This document shows, piece after piece, positions 48,730 through 57,362 of a DNA stretch of 64,000 nucleotides. Each line of letters starts with the position of its first letter. The first letter of the stretch is position 1. Both the position numbers and the translations under genes were made by a program. Source of the DNA: Patescibacteria group bacterium. GTDB taxonomy: Bacteria; Patescibacteriota; Minisyncoccia; Phycocordibacterales; Phycocordibacteraceae. The notes under the pieces were generated by a model, which was not told the DNA's origin, made no database searches, and worked only from the letters and a program-made list of their open reading frames with translations. The stretch covers positions 75,480 to 139,479 of the forward strand of contig JAGWVF010000001.1 in the NCBI GenBank assembly GCA_018971045.1, written 5' to 3'.

Positions 48730-49449
48730 CTATTTGAGTAGACCAAAATCTTTTTGCACCAGAGCGAAATCCGCATCTACGCTCGTCTCGTCTTTCATCA
48801 GTTGCGCGGTCGTCTTGCCGCTAACCTGCCAGTCGATCGCGTCCGATCCCCAAGTATTGAGGTCGCTATCAAGCTGCGCCATGTCATCACGCCAGGTACC
48901 GAGCGCGTCGGGTTCCGTCTGATTGCTGCCTGAGTAGCAATCGGAGGCTGTGGTGTATGCCTTGACGATTGAGTCGTAGAAGGAGGGTTCGTATGTAGAC
49001 CATGTCTTGCGCCACGCTGAGAAGTTGCTGGCCGCAGAACCCGGCACGGTGAGCGCCTGAAGGCCCGTAGAGCTGTTTGGGTACTGAGACGTACCAAGAG
49101 CGTCTTTCCCGTCCTTGTATGCCTTTGCATAGGCAGCAGTGACCTTCGGGAAAGAAGCGAGTATCGCTTGGGTACAAGAACTCGGCGTAGGTGCCGCTTT
49201 ATCGGTTGCTGGAGCTGGCGCTGTCGTTATAGGCGTCTCCGTTACAGCTTGCGCCACTGGCTGCGACAATGATTCTGCCGTTGGAGAAATAAGCGGTCTG
49301 GTAAATGCGTATCCGAGAAACGCGACGATCATTGTGGCGATAAGAAGATCGCGAGATCGAGGAATCGATTTAAGCAGTTCAGGTTTGGTAAAGGAGAGGA
49401 TAAAGCCGATAACGGACGCTACAAGAAGTAGCGCAAAGAAAGTGCTCAT
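48730..49449 (-). CDS. membrane-anchored hypothetical protein
   Basis: Start moved to MSTFFALLLVASVIGFILSF (single N-terminal TM); Thr/Pro/Ala-rich linker then soluble domain. Confidence 0.45.
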   Translation of the reverse strand: MSTFFALLLVASVIGFILSFTKPELLKSIPRSRDLLIATMIVAFLGYAFTRPLISPTAESLSQPVAQAVTETPITTAPAPATDKAAPTPSSCTQAILASFPKVTAAYAKAYKDGKDALGTSQYPNSSTGLQALTVPGSAASNFSAWRKTWSTYEPSFYDSIVKAYTTASDCYSGSNQTEPDALGTWRDDMAQLDSDLNTWGSDAIDWQVSGKTTAQLMKDETSVDADFALVQKDFGLLK

Positions 49450-49610
49450 GGTTTGCTGGTCGCGATTTGTAATGCCCGGAGGAGAGACGCACTGAACCCG
49501 CCACCGGGTGGGTCTTGCGACCCGACAAGGATTTCTCCCTGCCACGCGACCAGCGTTCCCCGATGACGGGTTCAGTACGCTGGTCGCGATTTTCGGCCAT
49601 GCCGGGAGAA
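49450..49610 (-). promoter_or_regulatory. structured 5' leader with alternative helices (putative attenuator/riboregulator)
   Basis: Minus-strand leader carries AATCGCGACCAGCG ... CGCTGGTCGCG ... AATCGCGACCAGC (segment 2 can pair with 1 or 3; segment 3 ends ~6 nt before the ATG), plus CTGAACCCG/CGGGTTCAG and a duplicated ATCCTTGT. Confidence 0.3.
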
Positions 49611-49902
49611 TCACAAGGATCCTCAAGCCGGTTTAGGCCTCTTTATTCGGTTTACAAGAACATGATAGCTCATTCGGGACTATCGTTGTAGACCCTAGCT
49701 TAGTATTGGAGGCTTGCGAAGGTGGTAGCTTTGCGTCCTTATGTAGGGCTCGGAATTCTGGTTCCGCACCCCTTCTGTTCCTGGTGGATTTGTGTGTGGT
49801 GAATGTTGAAAGTGGCAAGGTCATGGAATTGCCTGTGCGGGGTACCTAATCAGCTACTCATTTCGATATAAATCTGGTAAACTACAGGTAAGTTGGATTT
49901 AC

Positions 49903-50103
49903 ATGTCAAATCGCAAACAAATACCCAAAGACGAGATTATTACCCTGCAAGAGGCGTGCGAGATTTTCAATAGTCATTTGAATACGCTTCATAACGGGGA
50001 CAACAAAAAGGATACTTTAAGCGGTTTGTTTTGGTATGAGACGTGTCCAGAAATATCGAAAAGTTCAGGTGCTAAATCTTTTACGCAAAAGAAAATGATA
50101 TGA
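49903..50103 (+). CDS. small hypothetical protein at 5' edge of the AT-rich gene cluster
   Basis: 66 aa; first ORF after the GC drop; no family recognised. Confidence 0.3.
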   Translation: MSNRKQIPKDEIITLQEACEIFNSHLNTLHNGDNKKDTLSGLFWYETCPEISKSSGAKSFTQKKMI

Positions 50104-51614
50104 ACTTCTTTACTTCAGCTCGTCGAAATAGGGAACCTGCGGCATCATTTGTTGTTGAATCAACTGGATCAGTATTTACCTACTCCCATTTAGATGCGTT
50201 ATCAGCTCAATTCGTCAACACTCTTGTCAAGCTTGGAGTAAGAAAAGGAGATAGGGTAATGGTATGTGCAGAAAAAAGCCTAGAAGCATTAGTAGTGTAT
50301 ATTGCTTGTTTGCGCGCAGGGTTTATTTTTGTACCAATTAATCCAGCATACACCAAAGCCGAATTAGAGTATTTTATTACAGATGCGCGCCCTGCGATAA
50401 TTATTGTTGATCCAGATAAGAAGAAAGACATCCATTCAATTCCACGAGCACTAAATATGCTTATTGAAACTCTTGGGGTGGATGGGAGAACAGGATCCTT
50501 CTTAGAGAAGGTAAGAGAAATGCCTGCCAAGTTCAACGATGTTGAATGTGATGATGATGATTTGGCAGCAATAGTCTATACGTCTGGAACAACCGGGAGG
50601 TCTAAGGGTGCAATGATTAGCCATAATAACCTGCGATCAAATGCGGAGGCACTTTGTCAAAGTTGGCGATTCTCAAATTCGGATGTGTTACTTCACGCAC
50701 TACCGATTTTCCATGTCCACGGACTTTTTGTTGCAACTAATGTAACACTTACAGCGGGCTCATCAATGATCTTTCTTCCCAGTTTTGAGGTTAATGAAGT
50801 CATCAGTCATTTGCCGCGTGCCACAGTTATGATGGGCGTGCCAACCTTCTACACTCTACTTCTGCAGGATGGACGGCTTACGCGGGATTTGGTCGAGCAT
50901 ACTAGATTATTTATTTCCGGTTCGGCCCCGTTATTGGTGGAAACACATAGAGAGTGGTTGGAGAGAACGGGGCATGAAATATTGGAGCGCTATGGCATGA
51001 CAGAGGCCGGCATGATAACTTCCAATCCTTATAATGGAGAACGTGTTCCTGGTGCAGTTGGATTTCCTCTGCCAGGCATAATTCTGCGCATAGTCGATCA
51101 GAACACCAAGGAACTTCTAGCTAATGGTCAAGTTGGCTCAATTGAAATCAAAGGGCCTAACGTTTTTAAGGGATATTGGCAAATGCCGGAAAAGACCAAG
51201 GATGAATTTCGAGAAGATGGTTTCTTTGTGACTGGTGATTTGGGGTTTATAGACGACAAAGAGTATGTTCATGTCATAGGTAGGCAGAAAGATTTAATCA
51301 TTACATGCGGACTTAATGTATATCCTAAAGAAATAGAGGAAAATCTTAACAAGATTCTCGGAATAACTGAAAGTGCTGTCATAGGCGTGCCGCATCATGA
51401 ATTTGGGGAAGGTGTTGTTGGGGTGGTAGTCAGTAAAAAGCACAACTTGTCAGAAGAGCAAATATTAGTTGAATTAAAGAAGAATCTGGCACCTTATAAA
51501 ATCCCACTAAAGATATTTCTGGTTGACGTACTCCCAAGAAATATTATGGGAAAGGTCCAGAAAAGCGCCTTGCGGGCATCGTACAGTAATTTATTTACGC
51601 GAAAATATGAATAG
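50100..51614 (+). CDS. matB: malonyl-CoA synthetase (MatB-type acyl-CoA synthetase)
   Basis: AMP-binding motifs YTSGTTGRSKGAM, ...ALPIFHVHGLFVATNVTL..., GPNVFKGYW, GKVQK; long stretches near-identical in pattern to rhizobial MatB as recalled. Confidence 0.8.
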   Translation: MNFFTSARRNREPAASFVVESTGSVFTYSHLDALSAQFVNTLVKLGVRKGDRVMVCAEKSLEALVVYIACLRAGFIFVPINPAYTKAELEYFITDARPAIIIVDPDKKKDIHSIPRALNMLIETLGVDGRTGSFLEKVREMPAKFNDVECDDDDLAAIVYTSGTTGRSKGAMISHNNLRSNAEALCQSWRFSNSDVLLHALPIFHVHGLFVATNVTLTAGSSMIFLPSFEVNEVISHLPRATVMMGVPTFYTLLLQDGRLTRDLVEHTRLFISGSAPLLVETHREWLERTGHEILERYGMTEAGMITSNPYNGERVPGAVGFPLPGIILRIVDQNTKELLANGQVGSIEIKGPNVFKGYWQMPEKTKDEFREDGFFVTGDLGFIDDKEYVHVIGRQKDLIITCGLNVYPKEIEENLNKILGITESAVIGVPHHEFGEGVVGVVVSKKHNLSEEQILVELKKNLAPYKIPLKIFLVDVLPRNIMGKVQKSALRASYSNLFTRKYE

Positions 51615-53055
51615 CAACAACGATAGAAACGAACGGAAGGAAATAACAAAACGTAGCGAAGATTATTCGCAATGGTATCTGGACGTCATCGCCGCGGCAG
51701 ATCTTGCAGAAAATGGTCCGGTACGCGGCACCATGATAATAAAGCCGTATGGCTATGCGATTTGGGAGCGCATACAGCGTATTCTTGATGAACATTTCAA
51801 GGAGCTAAACATAAAAAATGCCTATTTCCCTTTATTTATTCCAGAAAGGTTGCTCAAGCGTGAGACAGAGCATGTAGAAGGTTTTGCACCGGAGGTTGCT
51901 GTTGTGACTCATGCTGGTGGCAAGAAGCTTGAGGAACCACTGGTGGTGCGTCCAACGTCCGAGACAATCATGTACGAGACGTTTTCAAACTGGGTACAAT
52001 CATATCGCGATCTGCCACTTCTTATAAACCAGTGGGCAAATGTGGTGAGGTGGGAAATGCGTCCACGTCTCTTTTTGCGCACAACCGAATTTCTATGGCA
52101 AGAGGGGCATACGGTACACGAATCAATGAAGGAAGCAGATGCGTGGGCTCGACAAATGCTTAGTGTCTATCAGTATCTAGCAGAACAGGTGATGGCCATT
52201 CCGGTTATCCCAGGAATAAAATCGGAGTCCGAGAAATTTGCCGGAGCGTTCTGCACCTACACGATTGAGGCAATGATGCAGGACGGCAAAGCACTTCAAT
52301 TCGCAACGTCCCACAACTTAGGTACAAACTTCGCGAAAGTATTCAACGTGTCTTTTTTGGACCGAGATGGAAATCGTCAATACGGTTCGCAGACAAGCTG
52401 GGGATTATCTACGCGTACGATTGGTGGTCTCATTATGGCCCACAGCGACGACAAAGGGCTTGTCTTGCCCCCCTGGCTCGCCCCTATTCAGGTAGTTATT
52501 ATAACCATCGGACATGCCGACAGTACTGGTGTGGTCGAACAAAAAGCTAGAGAAATTGCTGAAGAGCTTAAAAAGGCGGGTATTCGAGTTGAAATTGATG
52601 CGCGGCAACTGCGTCCTGGAGAGAAGTTTTATGAATGGGAGAAGAAAGGGGTTCCAGTACGGATTGAGCTCGGCCCTAAGGATCTCGCAAACAATGAGGC
52701 GATTCTTGCTCGGCGAGATGGTGGTGAAAAAGTTAGCATCCCAGTTAACTTTCTAGCTAGAAAAATAAATTCCCTTCTGGCAGACATTCAAACGAATTTA
52801 TACAAAAAGGCTTCGCAAAACATGGTATCCAAAATCAAGAAAGTCGATACTTGGGACGAATTCTCTCGAGCCGTTGAGGCAGGCAACTTCGTTCTTGCTC
52901 ATTGGTGTGGTGACGCAGAGGTCGAGAAGCAAATTAAAGAGGAGACGGGTGCAACTATACGATGCATTCCGTTTGAACAAAAGGCTGAGGATGGTGAATG
53001 TGTGAAGAGTGGGAAACCATCCGTTACGCGTGTAATATTTGCCAAGGCGTATTAA
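51607..53055 (+). CDS. proS: prolyl-tRNA synthetase (archaeal/eukaryote-like class II type)
   Basis: Class II motifs and ProRS-specific region RPTSETIMYETFSNWVQSYRDLPLLINQWANVVRWEMRPRLFLRTTEFLWQEGHT; start at MNSNNDR overlapping the matB stop. Confidence 0.85.
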   Translation: MNSNNDRNERKEITKRSEDYSQWYLDVIAAADLAENGPVRGTMIIKPYGYAIWERIQRILDEHFKELNIKNAYFPLFIPERLLKRETEHVEGFAPEVAVVTHAGGKKLEEPLVVRPTSETIMYETFSNWVQSYRDLPLLINQWANVVRWEMRPRLFLRTTEFLWQEGHTVHESMKEADAWARQMLSVYQYLAEQVMAIPVIPGIKSESEKFAGAFCTYTIEAMMQDGKALQFATSHNLGTNFAKVFNVSFLDRDGNRQYGSQTSWGLSTRTIGGLIMAHSDDKGLVLPPWLAPIQVVIITIGHADSTGVVEQKAREIAEELKKAGIRVEIDARQLRPGEKFYEWEKKGVPVRIELGPKDLANNEAILARRDGGEKVSIPVNFLARKINSLLADIQTNLYKKASQNMVSKIKKVDTWDEFSRAVEAGNFVLAHWCGDAEVEKQIKEETGATIRCIPFEQKAEDGECVKSGKPSVTRVIFAKAY

Positions 53056-53069
53056 GTGTAGTAATTAAT

Positions 53070-53864
53070 ATGCTTGAAAATGTTTTGGAGCTAAAGAATT
53101 TGCCAATTCCGCAACCAGGTTTTGATGTTGAATTGGTCAGAAATTATCAAGGTGTGAAGATCAATAAGGAAGGTTCGTTCTTCCGAGAAGAATTAGTTGA
53201 TATTCGAACCCTTGGTGTGAAGGGGTTGAACTACTATAATTCCACCTTCAATCCACCTTACTATCAATCCATTCCTGGATCTATTTCTTCATTGAAAGTG
53301 CGTAAGACAGTAGCTGAGAAGCTAGCGGCAGTAAATGAGAAGTTAAAAACAATCGGCCTCGAAATTTTTGTTTTTGATGCTTTCCGGCCGCTTGCTGTTC
53401 AGAACTATTTTTATTATGAGTGGGTCCCACGATATTTGCGCTCGATATATCCAGATAAAGATGAATTGTGGATTCTCCAGGAGTCCAATGCCTATTGGGC
53501 TAAGGGGGCCAGAAACAAAGATGAGCTATTGGCGTCTGCTCCGCCACATTCGACTGGTGGAGCGGTGGATATGACGTTTTGTTTTAAGGAGACGGGACAT
53601 TTGCTTGAAATGGGATCCATTTTTGATGATATAACAGAAAAATCCCACACTATTTTCTTCGAAAAAGATTTGGATCTCAAGAGCTTTACGGCCACAGAAG
53701 CGATGAAGAATCGTCGATTACTTTATCACCTGATGACGACGGAAGGGTTCGCTTCTCACCCGAAAGAATGGTGGCACTTCAGTTATGGGGATCAAATGTG
53801 GGCATTAATTACTAACCAGGCTGAAGCATTATATGGTTATGCAGGCAATGACTTCCAAACATAA
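53070..53864 (+). CDS. VanX-family D-Ala-D-Ala dipeptidase (peptidase M15D)
   Basis: Zn-ligand motifs SAPPHSTGGAVDMTF (SxHxxGxAxD) and KEWWHFSYG (EWWH); start moved to MLENVLELK. Confidence 0.75.
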   Translation: MLENVLELKNLPIPQPGFDVELVRNYQGVKINKEGSFFREELVDIRTLGVKGLNYYNSTFNPPYYQSIPGSISSLKVRKTVAEKLAAVNEKLKTIGLEIFVFDAFRPLAVQNYFYYEWVPRYLRSIYPDKDELWILQESNAYWAKGARNKDELLASAPPHSTGGAVDMTFCFKETGHLLEMGSIFDDITEKSHTIFFEKDLDLKSFTATEAMKNRRLLYHLMTTEGFASHPKEWWHFSYGDQMWALITNQAEALYGYAGNDFQT

Positions 53865-54636
53865 ATTCTGGCAGATTACGCCCCGTTTCTCGCCAGACAC
53901 AAAAAGTCTGATGGATGTTTGCGTTCATATCGCTCGGGTTCCCACAGACGGCTTGCTGTTGGAGGATTGTCTTAAAGTTTTGGACAGAACAGAACGTGAG
54001 AGAGCGCAGTCTTTTCGATTTGTCGAGGACAGAAATGCCTATATTACCGCACACGCATTACTGCGTTTTGCAATGAGCCATCGTTCCCGAGTTCTTCCAG
54101 AAGATTGGATTTTCAGAACATCACCTTCAGGGAAGCCGGAGCAAATTAATCTGCCAGGGCAGATGTATTTCAATATATCCCATACGCGAGGAATGGTCTG
54201 TTGCGCGTTATCCTCCACTAGTGTAGGAGTCGACATAGAAAATATTGATGCGCTGAGTAATTTTGGAAACCTGGATCCCCTCTTCAACAAGGAGGAAATC
54301 AATGAGGTCAGTTGTTTACCGGAACGGGACAGGAATTTCCGGTTTATAATTTACTGGACTCTACGAGAATCTTTGCTCAAGGGCACGGGAGAGGGAATTG
54401 GCGGTATTTCAAGGGACTTCTCCTTTTTTGTTAGTGACAATAAGGAAATCTTCCTCAAGGAGGCACGGCACCCTTCTTTACTGAACGGGTGGAAATTTGC
54501 CACTTTTCTGGTTGATAACCATTACATTGTTTCGGTTTCTACGTGTAATCTTACTAATAAGACTCAGAATATTTATCCGAATTTTAGAGGTGAGGTCGAG
54601 CTGATTGGTGCGTCGCAATATATCAAATCTTTTTGA
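53848..54636 (+). CDS. Sfp-type 4'-phosphopantetheinyl transferase
   Basis: PPTase motifs FNISHTRG, GVDIENI, WTLRESLLKGTGEG. Confidence 0.8.
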   Translation: MTSKHKFWQITPRFSPDTKSLMDVCVHIARVPTDGLLLEDCLKVLDRTERERAQSFRFVEDRNAYITAHALLRFAMSHRSRVLPEDWIFRTSPSGKPEQINLPGQMYFNISHTRGMVCCALSSTSVGVDIENIDALSNFGNLDPLFNKEEINEVSCLPERDRNFRFIIYWTLRESLLKGTGEGIGGISRDFSFFVSDNKEIFLKEARHPSLLNGWKFATFLVDNHYIVSVSTCNLTNKTQNIYPNFRGEVELIGASQYIKSF

Positions 54637-54648
54637 ATTCATAGTCAT

Positions 54649-55491
54649 ATGAACTATTTATCTTCAGAAACATTCGGGGCGGGCGACCTAAACTCAATTG
54701 GATATTTATATCGCCTTGTAGACTTTAAGAACAGGATTGAACTCATTCCCGCCTGTACAGAAAACAATGAAAAATTTATTGCGACAATGACAGAATTGTG
54801 GGCCTTTCTAACGTCCATAGAGGATGATGATGTCATCATTGAATTGCAGGGCGATAAACGATTTCCGTTAGTTCAGCAATATCTGGCTAAAAAATGGCAC
54901 GAGTATATAAGTATCATTGAAACCGATGAGGCCGAGAGATTTCTCTCGAAGACAGATTCCAAAGAGGCTAATTCAATGCTAGCTGAGGAAGACTATATGG
55001 GCGTGAATTATGAATTATCGCTACTCAGCGAAAAATTAACAGGCCTTAGCGTAATCATGGTTGGCTGCGGCCCGTTTCCAGAGACACTAATGGAAGTTTA
55101 TAAAGACAATAAGGATATAAAGTATGCAATCGGAATTGAGGGGAGAAATGACGTATCGCAGCTTGCAAATAGGATTGTCACGAAGGTATTCCCAGGTGTC
55201 GAGAATGTCAAAGCAGTAGCATCGGATGCGGAATCATTTGATTATAGAGATGCTGATGTTATTTTTCTTGCTAATGGACTAATAAAGAAGGACTTAATTC
55301 TCCAAAGAATCTACGATACCGCAAAGGATGGCGTAAAAATTTTAGCCAGAAACCCAATCTTGATGGGCAGGTTGTTTTACGAGGATCTATACTCTTTGCC
55401 TTCCATCCAGTACTTTGTTATTTGCGGTTCGGTAAGGGCAAGTAAATTGAGTGAAACTATTTTGTTCAGGAAGCGTGATAAAATTATATGA
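54649..55491 (+). CDS. nicotianamine-synthase-like (CntL/NAS family) SAM-dependent 3-amino-3-carboxypropyl transferase
   Basis: VIMVGCGPFPETL (cf. NAS VAFVGSGPLPLTS), DADVIFLANGL, VKILARNPILMGRLFY align with conserved NAS blocks by eye. Confidence 0.5.
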   Translation: MNYLSSETFGAGDLNSIGYLYRLVDFKNRIELIPACTENNEKFIATMTELWAFLTSIEDDDVIIELQGDKRFPLVQQYLAKKWHEYISIIETDEAERFLSKTDSKEANSMLAEEDYMGVNYELSLLSEKLTGLSVIMVGCGPFPETLMEVYKDNKDIKYAIGIEGRNDVSQLANRIVTKVFPGVENVKAVASDAESFDYRDADVIFLANGLIKKDLILQRIYDTAKDGVKILARNPILMGRLFYEDLYSLPSIQYFVICGSVRASKLSETILFRKRDKII

Positions 55492-57362
55492 CTAACGCAT
55501 GCTCGCATTTCTTTAAATGTGCCTCAAAATGGCCTAACAAAACGGCACTGGTTTTTGATTGTCAAGAAATAAGCTATAAGGACTTAGCAGATCGTGCGAA
55601 TGTTCTCGCTCACAGGCTAAACATTCTTGGGGTTAAGAGCGGGACTCTTGTTGGGGTGTATCTTCCCAGATCAGTTGATCTAATAGCATCAATACTCGCC
55701 GTATTGAAGATTGGCGCTGGATACGTTCCTCTCGACGTTTCTCTTCCAGAGGGACGTATCAAATACATCCTATCTAATTCTGGAGTGAAAGTTGTTGTCA
55801 CAAGCAGGGAACCTGGTTCAAAAAATACAGCCCCCATTATTGAGGGGGTAGGGTTACTGTATGTAGATGATCTAATGGCCTCTCATTTCAATGAGACGGA
55901 GATAGCAGAGGGGAAGACTGCTTACGTGATGTATACCTCAGGGTCTACTGGTTTGCCAAAGGGGGTTCAAATGGGACATAGTGTGCTTATTAATTTAGTT
56001 GAGTGGCAAAGTAAGGTCACCAATATTTCCGATGGCATTACATTACAGTATGCGCCAGCAAGCTTCGATGTCTCTTTCCAAGAAATATTTTCCACCCTCT
56101 CATTTGGTGGGACTTTGATCTTGTGCAATGAAGACACTCATCGTGATCCAGAGAGGTTGTTGTACCTAATTGCATCTGAAAAGATTGAAAGGATTTTCCT
56201 GCCTTTCATTGCGCTTCAGCAGTTGGCAGAAATTGCGCAAATAGGACAGGTCCCCAGCAACTTGCGTGAGGTGATTACTGCAGGTGAGCAGCTACGAATC
56301 ACCCCAGCGATAAGGGCCTTCTTCAAAGCATCGCAGGATTGTAGGTTAATCAATCAGTACGGCCCAACAGAAACTCATGTAGTCACAGCCTACGAGCTTT
56401 TGGGAGACCCGGTGCGGTGGCCGCCCTTGCCTCCGATTGGGAAACCAATACAGAATGTTCAGGGATTTATATTCGACGAATTCAAACAGGAGGTACTAGC
56501 TGGTGAGATTGGTGAGTTGTATATTGGCGGAACCTGTTTGTCGGAGGGGTACATTAATAATCCATCTCTTACTGATGCCAGTTTTGTCCAACACCCTCTC
56601 TCGGGAGAGAGATTATATAAGACCGGGGATCTCGCACGACTTCTTGAAGACGGGAATCTTGAATTTGTGGGAAGAAAGGATAACCAGGTTAAGATACGGG
56701 GATATAGAATTGAACTGGGAGAAGTTGAGATAGTACTGGCCGAGCATCCAGCTATACGAGAGTGTGTTGTTGACGCAAGAAAAGATGTTTTTGACCGGAC
56801 TAAGCTAGTGGCGTATCTTGTAATTCGAGAAGAATATAAGATGCGTTTAACATCCACCCTATATGACGGTGCCGAATGGACTTCTTTTTTAAGAGAAAGA
56901 GTGCCTGATTATATGATTCCCTCAACGTTTATAGTGTTATCGTCCTTACCACTCACTACAACAGGGAAGGTCGACCGAAAATCTCTTCCAACCCCATCAA
57001 AACAAAGGCCGGAACTCGTGTCTACTTGGGTGGCGCCTGGAAATGAAATGGAAATGAAAATAGCCAAGACCTGGAGAAATGCACTTGAATTGAATGACGT
57101 CGGTGTAAATGACAATTTCTTCGAAATTGGCGGCAATTCTTTACTTGTCGCGTTTGTGCAGCAAGAACTCATGCAGGTGCTGTCAACAAAAATTTCGGTC
57201 GCTGATCTATTTCAATACCCGACTATCCGATCCCTTGCAGAAGAGATAGAAAACCGGCGGAATACCCCTTATACGCACAAACCGCTCTATGGTCACCCGA
57301 AAACAGGCAATCTTTCGCCCGCATCGAAGAGAATAAACGCAAGAAAACGTTATGAGAAGTGA
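55488..57362 (+). CDS. stand-alone NRPS loading didomain (adenylation + peptidyl carrier protein)
   Basis: A-domain cores (YTSGSTGLPKGV, FDVS, GELYIGG, YKTGDLAR, GRKDNQVKIRGYRIELGEVE, TGKVDRKSL) and PCP motif FFEIGGNSLL; no C or TE domain. Confidence 0.85.
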   Translation: MTNACSHFFKCASKWPNKTALVFDCQEISYKDLADRANVLAHRLNILGVKSGTLVGVYLPRSVDLIASILAVLKIGAGYVPLDVSLPEGRIKYILSNSGVKVVVTSREPGSKNTAPIIEGVGLLYVDDLMASHFNETEIAEGKTAYVMYTSGSTGLPKGVQMGHSVLINLVEWQSKVTNISDGITLQYAPASFDVSFQEIFSTLSFGGTLILCNEDTHRDPERLLYLIASEKIERIFLPFIALQQLAEIAQIGQVPSNLREVITAGEQLRITPAIRAFFKASQDCRLINQYGPTETHVVTAYELLGDPVRWPPLPPIGKPIQNVQGFIFDEFKQEVLAGEIGELYIGGTCLSEGYINNPSLTDASFVQHPLSGERLYKTGDLARLLEDGNLEFVGRKDNQVKIRGYRIELGEVEIVLAEHPAIRECVVDARKDVFDRTKLVAYLVIREEYKMRLTSTLYDGAEWTSFLRERVPDYMIPSTFIVLSSLPLTTTGKVDRKSLPTPSKQRPELVSTWVAPGNEMEMKIAKTWRNALELNDVGVNDNFFEIGGNSLLVAFVQQELMQVLSTKISVADLFQYPTIRSLAEEIENRRNTPYTHKPLYGHPKTGNLSPASKRINARKRYEK

